Positions 9,165-17,088 of a DNA stretch of 64,000 nucleotides are shown here, piece after piece (within the stretch, counting starts at the first letter, position 1; each line of letters opens with the position of its first letter). Origin of the DNA: Candidatus Woesearchaeota archaeon. GTDB taxonomy: Archaea; Nanobdellota; Nanobdellia; Pacearchaeales; GW2011-AR1. The stretch covers positions 128,663 through 192,662 of the forward strand of contig CAZJEO010000001.1 of assembly GCA_964545065.1 (NCBI GenBank). Reading direction: 5' to 3'. The notes below the pieces were generated by a model. It was not told the origin of the DNA and ran no database searches. It saw only the letters and a list, made by a program, of their open reading frames with translations. Both the position numbers and the translations under genes were made by a program.

Positions 9165-9770
9165 ATGGTGAGGAAAAGAGGGAGAAAACCCACAAACAAT
9201 CTTTGGATATTTTGTGAAGGTGAAAAAACAGAAATTAATTATTTTAGTAAATTAAAAACGCATGAAAGAATTTCTAGAATTAATATAAAAGTCAAGAGTG
9301 CAGATAAAATTACTGATGCTATTGGAGTTGTAAAATATGCCATTAGTTTTCTTCAAAATAAAAAAAGAGATTTTGAACCTGGTGATTTGATCTATTGCGT
9401 GCTTGATAGAGATGCTAACACAAATCAACATCTAGAAAAGGCATTAAAATTAGCAAACGAGAATGGTATCCTAATTATATTTTCTAACCCTTGTTTTGAA
9501 TATTGGATTCTTTGCCATTTTGAATATTTCATCACAACCTGTAATCCAGATGATATGATTAGAAAATTAAAGAAAAATTTAGGAATATATAGAAAGAATG
9601 ATTCGGATATTTACAAAAAGACGCAAGATAAAATAGCAATTGCGATAAGTAATGCTAAAAAAATTAAAGATACTCATGAAAAAAATGGGATCAAATTAAT
9701 TAGCCGAGAAAGTAATCCTTCAACATATGTTTTTGAATTGATTGAAAAGATTGAAGAATTAAGAGATTAA
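9165..9770 (+). CDS. RloB-like (AbiLii-like, TOPRIM/OLD-related) protein
   Basis: N-terminus WIFCEGEKTEINYF matches the RloB signature (CEGEKTEPNYF). Begins 3 nt after the ATPase stop. Confidence 0.7.
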   Translation: MVRKRGRKPTNNLWIFCEGEKTEINYFSKLKTHERISRINIKVKSADKITDAIGVVKYAISFLQNKKRDFEPGDLIYCVLDRDANTNQHLEKALKLANENGILIIFSNPCFEYWILCHFEYFITTCNPDDMIRKLKKNLGIYRKNDSDIYKKTQDKIAIAISNAKKIKDTHEKNGIKLISRESNPSTYVFELIEKIEELRD

Positions 9771-9797
9771 ATCTCAACACATCTTTTGATCTGCCTT

Positions 9798-11525
9798 TTA
9801 TAAAAAATCTATAAACTTTTTCAATCTAGACCTAATCGCATTTGGTTGCCTCTTAAATATTCTTGCTAATGTTTGAATTGGAACGTTTTTAGAAAACAAT
9901 TTTTTCAATTTTTCATCTTCTTCTTCATTCCAAGGTTCGTAAGCATTTGGAAATTCTTCTTTAATTTGATTTAATCTTTTATGATAATCTGTTTTTATGT
10001 TAAATTTCTTATCCACTATTCTTTTCTTAGCAGGAGTTATTATAGAATCAAGATTATTCTCTTGTGCATGTTTTTTAATAACTTCTAAAAATAAATCTCC
10101 AAATTTTTCTAACTTCTCTTCTCCAACTCCCCAAATTTCTAATAAAGTATCTTTATTTTTTGGGAAACAAGATGCCATTTCTTGTAAAGACTTATTTTGA
10201 AATATTGTATAAACTGGATTTCCATTGGCAAGATCTTTTCTTAAATTGCTTAATTTATTAAATAAATTTTGATCATAATCCCAAGTCATGATCTTTTCTT
10301 TTTCTTTAGTTTTCAGAAAATTGTCTCTCTCTATTTCTGGGAGTTCTAAACAGATATCACAGCCTTCACAATTATTCTCTAAAAAGTTTTCACCAAAATA
10401 TTCTAAGATATACTTTCTTCTACAAAAATTATGTTCGCAATAATCCATCATTTTTCTCAATTGATCTCTGCTCTTCTTTTGAGCAAATTCATCCATGATT
10501 TGTTTAATGAAAAATTCATGTTTCCTTTTATCTCCCCTTGAATAGAATAAAACGCAATCACTTGTAAGACCATCACGCCCAGCCCTACCAATCTCTTGAT
10601 AATAACTTTCAAGTGTTCTTGAAAAAGTATGATGAATAATCAACCTAACATCTGGCTTATCAATTCCCATTCCAAATGCAATTGTAGCCACAATAATATT
10701 TACTTTATTTTTAATAAATGATTCTTGATTCTGTTTTCTTGTTTCATTATTAAGTCCTGCATGGTATGGAAGAGCATTAAATCCATGTTCATTTAACTTT
10801 TGGGCAATATTTTCAGAATCTTTACGAGAAAAACAATAAATAATTATTGATCCATCTTTTTGTTTATTAATTAAATTTAAAATTTTATAGAATGTATCCT
10901 TTTTCTCCGTGACAATTAAATTAAGATTTTTTCTGTTAAAACTTGAAACAAATATTGCTGGATTTTTTAGAGATAATTGTTTTAATATATCTTTTCTTAC
11001 TTTTTCTGTGGCTGTTGCAGTTAAAGCAATTATAGGAATTTTTGGAAAAATTATTTTCAGAAATTTTAAATTTCTATATTCTTGTCTAAAATCATGCCCC
11101 CATTCAGAAATACAATGAGCTTCATCAATAGCAATTAAATTTATTTCCAACCTTAATAAAAATAATTTGAATTCTTCTAAAGCTAATCTTTCAGGAGCAA
11201 TATAAAGAATCTTTGTTTCTTTCTTTTCTATTTTTTCTTGGATATTCTGCATTTCTTCAGGTGATAGTGAGGAGTTAATATATTCAGCATTAATTCCTTT
11301 TATCTTGAGAGCGTCTACTTGATCTTTCATAAGAGAAATAAGAGGAGATATAACAAGTGTAAGTCCTTCAAATTTTAATGCGGGAAGTTGATAACAAAGA
11401 GATTTTCCTCCCCCAGTTGACATAAGGACAAACGTATCTTTCTTTTTGAGAACATTTTTTATAATATCTTCTTGCATTGGTTTAAAGTCATCATGGCCAA
11501 AATATTTCTTTAGTAATGTCCTCAT
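9798..11525 (-). CDS. recQ: RecQ-family ATP-dependent DNA helicase
   Basis: Helicase motifs (GGGKS, DEAH as IAIDEAHCISEWGHDFR). Zn-binding and RQC region (CRRK...CDIC). C-terminal HRDC-like segment. Confidence 0.85.
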   Translation of the reverse strand: MRTLLKKYFGHDDFKPMQEDIIKNVLKKKDTFVLMSTGGGKSLCYQLPALKFEGLTLVISPLISLMKDQVDALKIKGINAEYINSSLSPEEMQNIQEKIEKKETKILYIAPERLALEEFKLFLLRLEINLIAIDEAHCISEWGHDFRQEYRNLKFLKIIFPKIPIIALTATATEKVRKDILKQLSLKNPAIFVSSFNRKNLNLIVTEKKDTFYKILNLINKQKDGSIIIYCFSRKDSENIAQKLNEHGFNALPYHAGLNNETRKQNQESFIKNKVNIIVATIAFGMGIDKPDVRLIIHHTFSRTLESYYQEIGRAGRDGLTSDCVLFYSRGDKRKHEFFIKQIMDEFAQKKSRDQLRKMMDYCEHNFCRRKYILEYFGENFLENNCEGCDICLELPEIERDNFLKTKEKEKIMTWDYDQNLFNKLSNLRKDLANGNPVYTIFQNKSLQEMASCFPKNKDTLLEIWGVGEEKLEKFGDLFLEVIKKHAQENNLDSIITPAKKRIVDKKFNIKTDYHKRLNQIKEEFPNAYEPWNEEEDEKLKKLFSKNVPIQTLARIFKRQPNAIRSRLKKFIDFL

Positions 11526-11547
11526 TAATTTCTAATAATCTCTTCCA

Positions 11548-11565
11548 TTTATACGCTTTTCGATT
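11548..11565. repeat. 18-nt direct repeat TTTATACGCTTTTCGATT (left copy) flanking the HU-like cassette
   Basis: Exact copy at 12625-12642. Confidence 0.6.
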
Positions 11566-11621
11566 CAACCAAAAGTTTTAAATAAGTGGAAGATAAATCT
11601 ATTATCTAGGAAGTATAAAAT

Positions 11622-12521
11622 ATGCTAAGAAAAATACTGCTAATGGGAATTATTGTGATATTTCTCATGTCAATAGTGCCAATAGTATCGGCAATGGAGC
11701 TTACAGGATATTGTGTTAAGTGTAAAGAAAAGACAGAAATGAACAAGGCAGAACTGGTTGAAGGCATAGCCTCGGATGCAGGGTTAACAAAAGCCGATGC
11801 AAGAAGATCCAAATATTCAAATATTGTACTTAAACGAGGCTCAGTTTTTTCTCCTGATAACGGGGAAGACATCCCACAAATGAACAAGGCAGAACTAATT
11901 GAAGCAATTGCTTCATCTGCGAATCTTCCAGAAGCTGATACCGAAAGAGCTTTAGACGCCTTTGTCGGCGCCACTACTAAATCGCTAAGGGGCGGTAATA
12001 GAGTAGCTTTAGTCGGATTCGGTTCTTTCTCAATTTCTAAGCGTAAAGCAAGGACCGGAAGAAATCCTCAAGCAGTTGTAAATGGAGCCGTTAACCCAGG
12101 AATAGAACTTGTAAGAGGAGTTGTAGAATTCAAAGCTGGCGACAGACCTTTTCTGCCTAATGTGGAATATACTACAACAGAAGATATTGCAACAGAAATG
12201 GTCAGTATGAGTCTTAGTGGAGATATCGGCGAACAACAAGGTCTCACCGAAGAACAAGCGAGGCAGTTCATGGACAGTTTCGTAAATGTGACCCTGAGCA
12301 CACTCCAAACAGGAATAGCAGTAAATGTGGGTGAGGATTTTGGAACATTTAGTGTTACATTGAGCAATGCTAAAATTCATGAAACAAAAAATGGAAAAAC
12401 AATTCGGACGCCACCAATAGGACATGTTGACCATGGGAAAGACATACCACTTATAGGTGATAAACTTCAAAAGGTGGTTAAATTCAAAGCTGGCGCAGAT
12501 CTTGCCAAGACGGTGGCTTAG
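11622..12521 (+). CDS. exported tandem HU/IHF-like (DNABII) DNA-binding protein with an N-terminal signal peptide
   Basis: Signal peptide [25 protein letters not shown] truncated HU N-segment ([12 protein letters not shown]) is followed by a full HU domain ([12 protein letters not shown]...LVGFGSF...RTGRNPQ) and a second HU-like domain ([13 protein letters not shown]...GEDFGTFSV...VKFKAGADL). Local GC is clearly higher than in neighbouring genes. Confidence 0.6.
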   Translation: MLRKILLMGIIVIFLMSIVPIVSAMELTGYCVKCKEKTEMNKAELVEGIASDAGLTKADARRSKYSNIVLKRGSVFSPDNGEDIPQMNKAELIEAIASSANLPEADTERALDAFVGATTKSLRGGNRVALVGFGSFSISKRKARTGRNPQAVVNGAVNPGIELVRGVVEFKAGDRPFLPNVEYTTTEDIATEMVSMSLSGDIGEQQGLTEEQARQFMDSFVNVTLSTLQTGIAVNVGEDFGTFSVTLSNAKIHETKNGKTIRTPPIGHVDHGKDIPLIGDKLQKVVKFKAGADLAKTVA

Positions 12522-12624
12522 AAGATTTTACTTAAACTCTCACTCTTTCTCCAGTATCAATATCAATTGTATCATAATAAATGCCCAAATTCTTTTGTGC
12601 ATAAATTTCGTAAGCCCAAAAACC

Positions 12625-12642
12625 TTTATACGCTTTTCGATT
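12625..12642. repeat. 18-nt direct repeat (right copy) flanking the HU-like cassette
   Basis: Exact match to 11548-11565. Followed by TCCCCAAGGAATAG, which resembles the mini-element core. Confidence 0.6.
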
Positions 12643-12708
12643 TCAAAGAAAAATCCCCAAGGAATAGAAATAATTTTTTAACTCCCTACTATTTTAACGA
12701 AAGTCTAA

Positions 12709-13077
12709 TTAGTGCATGCTTACACTTACGTTTTTCATAAATCTCACTTGATCATTTTCAAGAATTTGATATTTCTTTTCCCAGCTTGGCCCTGATGTTT
12801 GTATGTATATTATTAATTCATCAGCAGTAAGAGGTATAATTTTATGATCAGAAGGTCCCAATTTATAATTACTAATCCTGGTTACATCTCCCTCTATTCT
12901 TACATATTTATCAAAAAGATCATCTATAGTAGCAACTCTAAGATAGGCTGATTCATCATCACTATCACTAATGCTAAGAAGGACATTTCTGAATACTGCT
13001 TCACGAAAAGTTGCATCTTTATGCATTCTTTGAATTTTATCCTCAGGCAATTTTCTTAAATATTCTGCCACTACCAT
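12709..13077 (-). CDS. hypothetical protein
   Basis: 122-aa ORF. No recognisable motifs. Confidence 0.4.
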   Translation of the reverse strand: MVVAEYLRKLPEDKIQRMHKDATFREAVFRNVLLSISDSDDESAYLRVATIDDLFDKYVRIEGDVTRISNYKLGPSDHKIIPLTADELIIYIQTSGPSWEKKYQILENDQVRFMKNVSVSMH

Positions 13078-13112
13078 AATTTCGGATTATCGTAGTAGAT
13101 TTATAAATCTTT

Positions 13113-13225
13113 TGAGGAAACCCTTCCCTTCCCAAAACCCTTAAATATCCCCTTCCCCTAAAACAATCATGGCAGAGGCGAAGCTCAATGCATTAAAACT
13201 TGGTTTAGCTGGAGGAATAGTTGGA
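13113..13225. repeat. ~110-nt direct repeat (left copy): CT-rich promoter-like tract plus the first ~19 codons of the 14023 gene
   Basis: About 85% identical to 13966-14082, including ATGGCAGAGGCGAAGCT...GGAATAGTTGGAG. Confidence 0.6.
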
Positions 13226-13309
13226 GTATTACTTCTTTCTACAAATAAACATCGCTCTTCTTTTTTTATCAAAAAAGACGGTTTCAAGAACCTTGAAATC
13301 CTTAGATAA
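13169..13309 (+). pseudogene. truncated duplicate (46 codons) of the small membrane-protein gene at 14023
   Basis: Encodes MAEAKLNALKLGLAGGIVG then diverges to a stop. Its 3' part overlaps the antisense methyltransferase gene. Confidence 0.45.
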
Positions 13310-13921
13310 ACTCTTTTTTATCTTTTCAACAGGATAAATGAACTCATCATATCTATCTTTTTCAATTTGATAAAGACCGCTTTTTACTTTCTTAAAATAT
13401 GTTGTATCCCATGTTAATTTATTTCCATTAACAATCATATTGTCATAAACATATCCTGTTGGAGTTTCTTCAAGTTTTACTGTCTGTTTTTTCATGTCTT
13501 CCAAATGCTTCTGGGTGCGCATATCAAAGATGAATAATCCATTATCGTTAAGATGGTCATAAGAATGTTTGAATGTTGACTCCCAATTTTTGAATGGTTT
13601 AACCTCATTAATACATTCGTGCACTGAAAAAATTACATCAAATTTCTCGTTGATTTTGAAACTATCCATGTTTTGAACAACAAGATTAGCATTAGGGGTT
13701 ATCTTTTTTGCAGTTTTAATGTATTCTTTGTTAAGATCTAATCCAACTTTCTTAAATTTTTTGAAATGAAAAAGTACAACACCTAATCCAACACCGAGCT
13801 CTAAAACTGTTTTGGATTTTGGATGATATTTCCTAATAGCGTTAAGAACTCTATCAGCTCTTACTTTAGCTGCTTTCTTGTCAATATTCTTCTCCCATAT
13901 TTTAGTCAAGTCAGATACCAT
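13229..13921 (-). CDS. class I SAM-dependent methyltransferase
   Basis: Motif I VLELGVGLGVV. About 230 aa with a Rossmann-fold MTase layout. Confidence 0.65.
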   Translation of the reverse strand: MVSDLTKIWEKNIDKKAAKVRADRVLNAIRKYHPKSKTVLELGVGLGVVLFHFKKFKKVGLDLNKEYIKTAKKITPNANLVVQNMDSFKINEKFDVIFSVHECINEVKPFKNWESTFKHSYDHLNDNGLFIFDMRTQKHLEDMKKQTVKLEETPTGYVYDNMIVNGNKLTWDTTYFKKVKSGLYQIEKDRYDEFIYPVEKIKKSLSKDFKVLETVFFDKKRRAMFICRKK

Positions 13922-13965
13922 ATTTTAATATTACTTCTAGATTAATTAAATCTTTCTCCTTAATC

Positions 13966-14082
13966 TTTCCTACCCTCTCCTCTCCCAAAACTCTTAAATA
14001 TCCCCTTCCCCATAACATAAACATGGCAGAGGCGAAGCTTAATGCATTAAAACTTGGTTTAGCTGGCGGGATAGTTGGAGCC
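13966..14082. repeat. ~110-nt direct repeat (right copy), the promoter and 5' end of the intact gene
   Basis: See the left copy. Confidence 0.6.
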
Positions 14083-14286
14083 ATCGTGGTCTTTTGTTCT
14101 ACTCTTTTGGGCGTCTATGGATTTTCTCAAGCGGCTGATTCTATGGCTAACACAATGTGGGCGAATTATGGCTATAGTGTAACATGGGGCGGTGCTTTTA
14201 TTGGATTAATAATTGGATTTGCATATGCTTTTGTTTTAGTATGGGTTGTTGCAATGATTTATAATCGGCTTTTGAAGAAGAAATAA
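14023..14286 (+). CDS. small two-TM membrane protein
   Basis: 87 aa. Gly-zipper-like hydrophobic segments. Confidence 0.5.
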   Translation: MAEAKLNALKLGLAGGIVGAIVVFCSTLLGVYGFSQAADSMANTMWANYGYSVTWGGAFIGLIIGFAYAFVLVWVVAMIYNRLLKKK

Positions 14287-14342
14287 TTATTGAGGCGGAA
14301 AAGAATATAAATTAATTTAAATTACATTTTTCTTTATTAGAT

Positions 14343-14984
14343 ATGAAACTAGAAAAAATTAATTCCAGACTAAAACAAAAAGATACATTGGATATTATAA
14401 AATGGTCTTATGATACATTTAAAGATTCGTTGATTATGACATCAAGTTTTGGGAAATACTCTGCTGTAATGTTGCACTTGGTTAAACAAATTGTTCCAGA
14501 CATTCCTGTTATTTTTATAGATACAGGATATTTAACTCAAGAGACTTATTTTTTTGCTGAAAAACTCAGGAAGGATATGGATTTGAATCTTTATGTTTAT
14601 AGCTCAAAGAGAACAACTGCTATGCAAGAGTGTGTTGAAGGGTTGCGGTGGAAGGATGAAAAAAGTAAAGAATTTATGGAATTCAAATATGAGGTAAAAG
14701 TTGAACCATTAGAGAGAGCATTAGTTGATTTAGATGTAAAAGCATGGCTGTCAGGAGTAAAAAAAGTTGATAGTGAATATAGAAATAATTTTAACATAGT
14801 TATGAAGGATAAAAGCTTGTATGAAATTCGCCCAATATTTTATTGGACTAAAGAAGAAGTAAAAAAATATGTGTCAAAAAATAATCTTGTGATTAATGAA
14901 AATTATTTTGATATTTGTAAGGGGAAAAAACAGGAAGAGGAATGTGGAATTCATTGTATGAGAGGTAATGGTGAAGGAATATGA
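14343..14984 (+). CDS. PAPS reductase-family (PP-loop superfamily) protein
   Basis: IFIDTGYLTQETYFF and the overall CysH-like layout. Confidence 0.55.
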   Translation: MKLEKINSRLKQKDTLDIIKWSYDTFKDSLIMTSSFGKYSAVMLHLVKQIVPDIPVIFIDTGYLTQETYFFAEKLRKDMDLNLYVYSSKRTTAMQECVEGLRWKDEKSKEFMEFKYEVKVEPLERALVDLDVKAWLSGVKKVDSEYRNNFNIVMKDKSLYEIRPIFYWTKEEVKKYVSKNNLVINENYFDICKGKKQEEECGIHCMRGNGEGI

Positions 14985-15024
14985 TTTGGATAACATTTAA
15001 TAATTAATTATTTCTTCTCTTTTC

Positions 15025-15837
15025 ATGCAAATAGAAAACAAAGTAACCCAAACCCTCTCTAAAATAAAATTGTCCAAAAAAGAAAAGATAGTTGTAGCTT
15101 TGTCTGGAGGAAAGGATTCTGCTGTGACTTGTTATGTTTTGAAGAAGGCTGGATATAATATTGAAGGATTTCATATTAATCTTAGTATGGGGGAGTATAG
15201 TGAGAAATGTTTGAAAGCTGTACAGGATTTGTGTAAGCAGTTGGGAATAAAACTTCATGTTTATGATATTAAAAAAGAGATGGGAAGTGGGATGTGTTAT
15301 CTTCGAAGTGCGATTCAATCCGGGCATGGGAAGGGGTTGAAGAATTGCGCGATTTGTGGTGTGATAAAAAAATGGATTATGAATCGGGAGGCGCGAAGAT
15401 TAAAAGCTAGTAAAATTGCTACAGGGCATAATCTTGATGATGAAGCGCAAACATTTTTGATTAATATTCTGAAAGGTTCTCCTGAATTGAGTTTAAATTC
15501 TGGAGCAATTAGTAAAAATAATGAAGACAAAAAGTTTATTCCAAGAATAAAACCTTTGTTTTATATTCCTGAAGAAGGAGTTCGAAAATATTCAAAAAAA
15601 GAAAAGTTACCTGTTGTTTATGATAAGTGTCCTTGTGCTTTAGATTCTTATAGGATACAAGTTAGGAAATTTATGAACACCATGCCAGACAAAGACAAGT
15701 TGAATATTTTGAAAAATGCTGAAAGAGTTTTGGGTAGAATAAAGAAAGAGGAAAAAGAGGTTAGTTATTGCAAGACTTGTGGAGAACCTGCTCGGAAAGA
15801 AATTTGTAAAATGTGTGAGTTGATGCAGTTGAAATAA
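15025..15837 (+). CDS. PP-loop ATPase of the TtcA/NcsA tRNA-thiolation family
   Basis: SGGKDS PP-loop. CAICG and C-terminal CKTCGEP...CKMCE zinc-finger pairs. Confidence 0.65.
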   Translation: MQIENKVTQTLSKIKLSKKEKIVVALSGGKDSAVTCYVLKKAGYNIEGFHINLSMGEYSEKCLKAVQDLCKQLGIKLHVYDIKKEMGSGMCYLRSAIQSGHGKGLKNCAICGVIKKWIMNREARRLKASKIATGHNLDDEAQTFLINILKGSPELSLNSGAISKNNEDKKFIPRIKPLFYIPEEGVRKYSKKEKLPVVYDKCPCALDSYRIQVRKFMNTMPDKDKLNILKNAERVLGRIKKEEKEVSYCKTCGEPARKEICKMCELMQLK

Positions 15838-16134
15838 TTATTTCTTACCATTAAGAGCCAATTTCCAAAGATTTTCAGCTCTAGTATTCCTAGATAATGT
15901 AATTGCATATCCAATTTCTTCAATTCGTTCATAACTGTATGCCTCTCTAATTCTGTCCCCAATTGAAAGACCATTACCAACTTCTGGATCAGAATTATTC
16001 ACTCGAGATATAACTGGGAGCATTATCCTTAACTCTTCATTTATCCTTACATTACGATCATTACTCTTTACGATATAAGAAACCTCATCAATACCTTGAA
16101 ATGTAACTACTTTTGTTTGAATTCCTTGACTCAT
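15838..16134 (-). CDS. hypothetical protein
   Basis: 98-aa ORF. Confidence 0.35.
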   Translation of the reverse strand: MSQGIQTKVVTFQGIDEVSYIVKSNDRNVRINEELRIMLPVISRVNNSDPEVGNGLSIGDRIREAYSYERIEEIGYAITLSRNTRAENLWKLALNGKK

Positions 16135-16187
16135 TTAATTAAAACATAAAACTCATATATAAACATTTTTGCTTTCTACCATCTATG

Positions 16188-16463
16188 TTATTTTTTCTTC
16201 TTAGATTTTTTCTTAGCTGGTTTGTTTTTGTTTTTCACAACTGGCGCAGGCTTCATGTGTGAGAACACAAAGATGTAAAGTATTGGAAGCACACCAACTG
16301 TGTTAAATAACGCTAAGATAATAAACCAAACTATGGAACCTTTTCTTGCTGATTTCCATAATGCGAGAAGTTTCCAAGTCAGAGTCCAAGCTAGGATTAC
16401 TACAAGCAACCAAATTGACATTCCAATTTCTTCTGCAATTAAGTTAAAATATTCTGATGCCAT
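16188..16463 (-). CDS. small membrane protein with Lys-rich C-terminal tail
   Basis: Two TM helices and KNKNKPAKKKSKKKK. Confidence 0.4.
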   Translation of the reverse strand: MASEYFNLIAEEIGMSIWLLVVILAWTLTWKLLALWKSARKGSIVWFIILALFNTVGVLPILYIFVFSHMKPAPVVKNKNKPAKKKSKKKK

Positions 16464-16577
16464 CTCTTTTAATAATTAAGAAAGGGAAAATGAGTTTAAA
16501 AAAGTTTTTATAAATATTTTAGATTGTCATCCTCATGAAGTAGAGATAAAAGTTTAAATAGTAGTTATTCTATATTT

Positions 16578-16624
16578 TTGTTACGATACAACTTATTGTA
16601 ACTAAATGTTACAGATATACAACA
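16578..16624 (+). promoter_or_regulatory. two NrdR-box-like repeats (TGTTACGATACAAC / TGTTACAGATATACAACA) upstream of nrdR
   Basis: Two related repeats with a partially palindromic GTTAC...ACAAC core, start-to-start spacing 29 nt, 30-75 nt upstream of nrdR. Confidence 0.35.
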
Positions 16625-16653
16625 TCTTGTATGTTTGATAGTATCTTAAAAAG

Positions 16654-17088
16654 ATGGATTGTCCATATTGTGAGGACAGCAAATCCAAAGTGACGAACAA
16701 ACGTAAGTCGCTCGATTCCATAAGACGAAGAAGAGAATGTCTAAAATGTGGAAAGAGATTCACGACTTATGAAACAATCGCCAGAGAAGATTTGTATGTT
16801 GTCAAAAAAGATAAGAGCAGAGAAAAGTTTAGTGTGGAAAAACTTGCTGCTGGAATAGAAAAGGCGTTTGAGAAACGTCCGGTTGCAAAAGAGGAAATTG
16901 ACAAAATGATACATGAGATTGAAGAACAATTGAGGAAAAAGGGGAAGGAAGTTAAGAGTTCTGTTATCGGAGAGTTGATTATGCGAAAGATTAAGAAGCT
17001 TGACAATGTTGCGTTCATTAGATTTGCTTCTGTTTATAGAGATTTTCAAGATGTTAAAGATTTTAGAAAGGAGTTGAAGGAGTTATAA
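16654..17088 (+). CDS. nrdR: transcriptional repressor NrdR (zinc ribbon + ATP-cone)
   Basis: MDCPYCEDSKSKVTNKR...RRRECLKCGKRFTTYE followed by an ATP-cone. Confidence 0.85.
   Translation: MDCPYCEDSKSKVTNKRKSLDSIRRRRECLKCGKRFTTYETIAREDLYVVKKDKSREKFSVEKLAAGIEKAFEKRPVAKEEIDKMIHEIEEQLRKKGKEVKSSVIGELIMRKIKKLDNVAFIRFASVYRDFQDVKDFRKELKEL

Noticed and set aside
12030-12470. 146-aa and 99-aa minus-strand ORFs inside the HU-like gene
   Set aside because: They are antisense to a gene with clear HU-fold signatures and are open only because this region is GC-richer.
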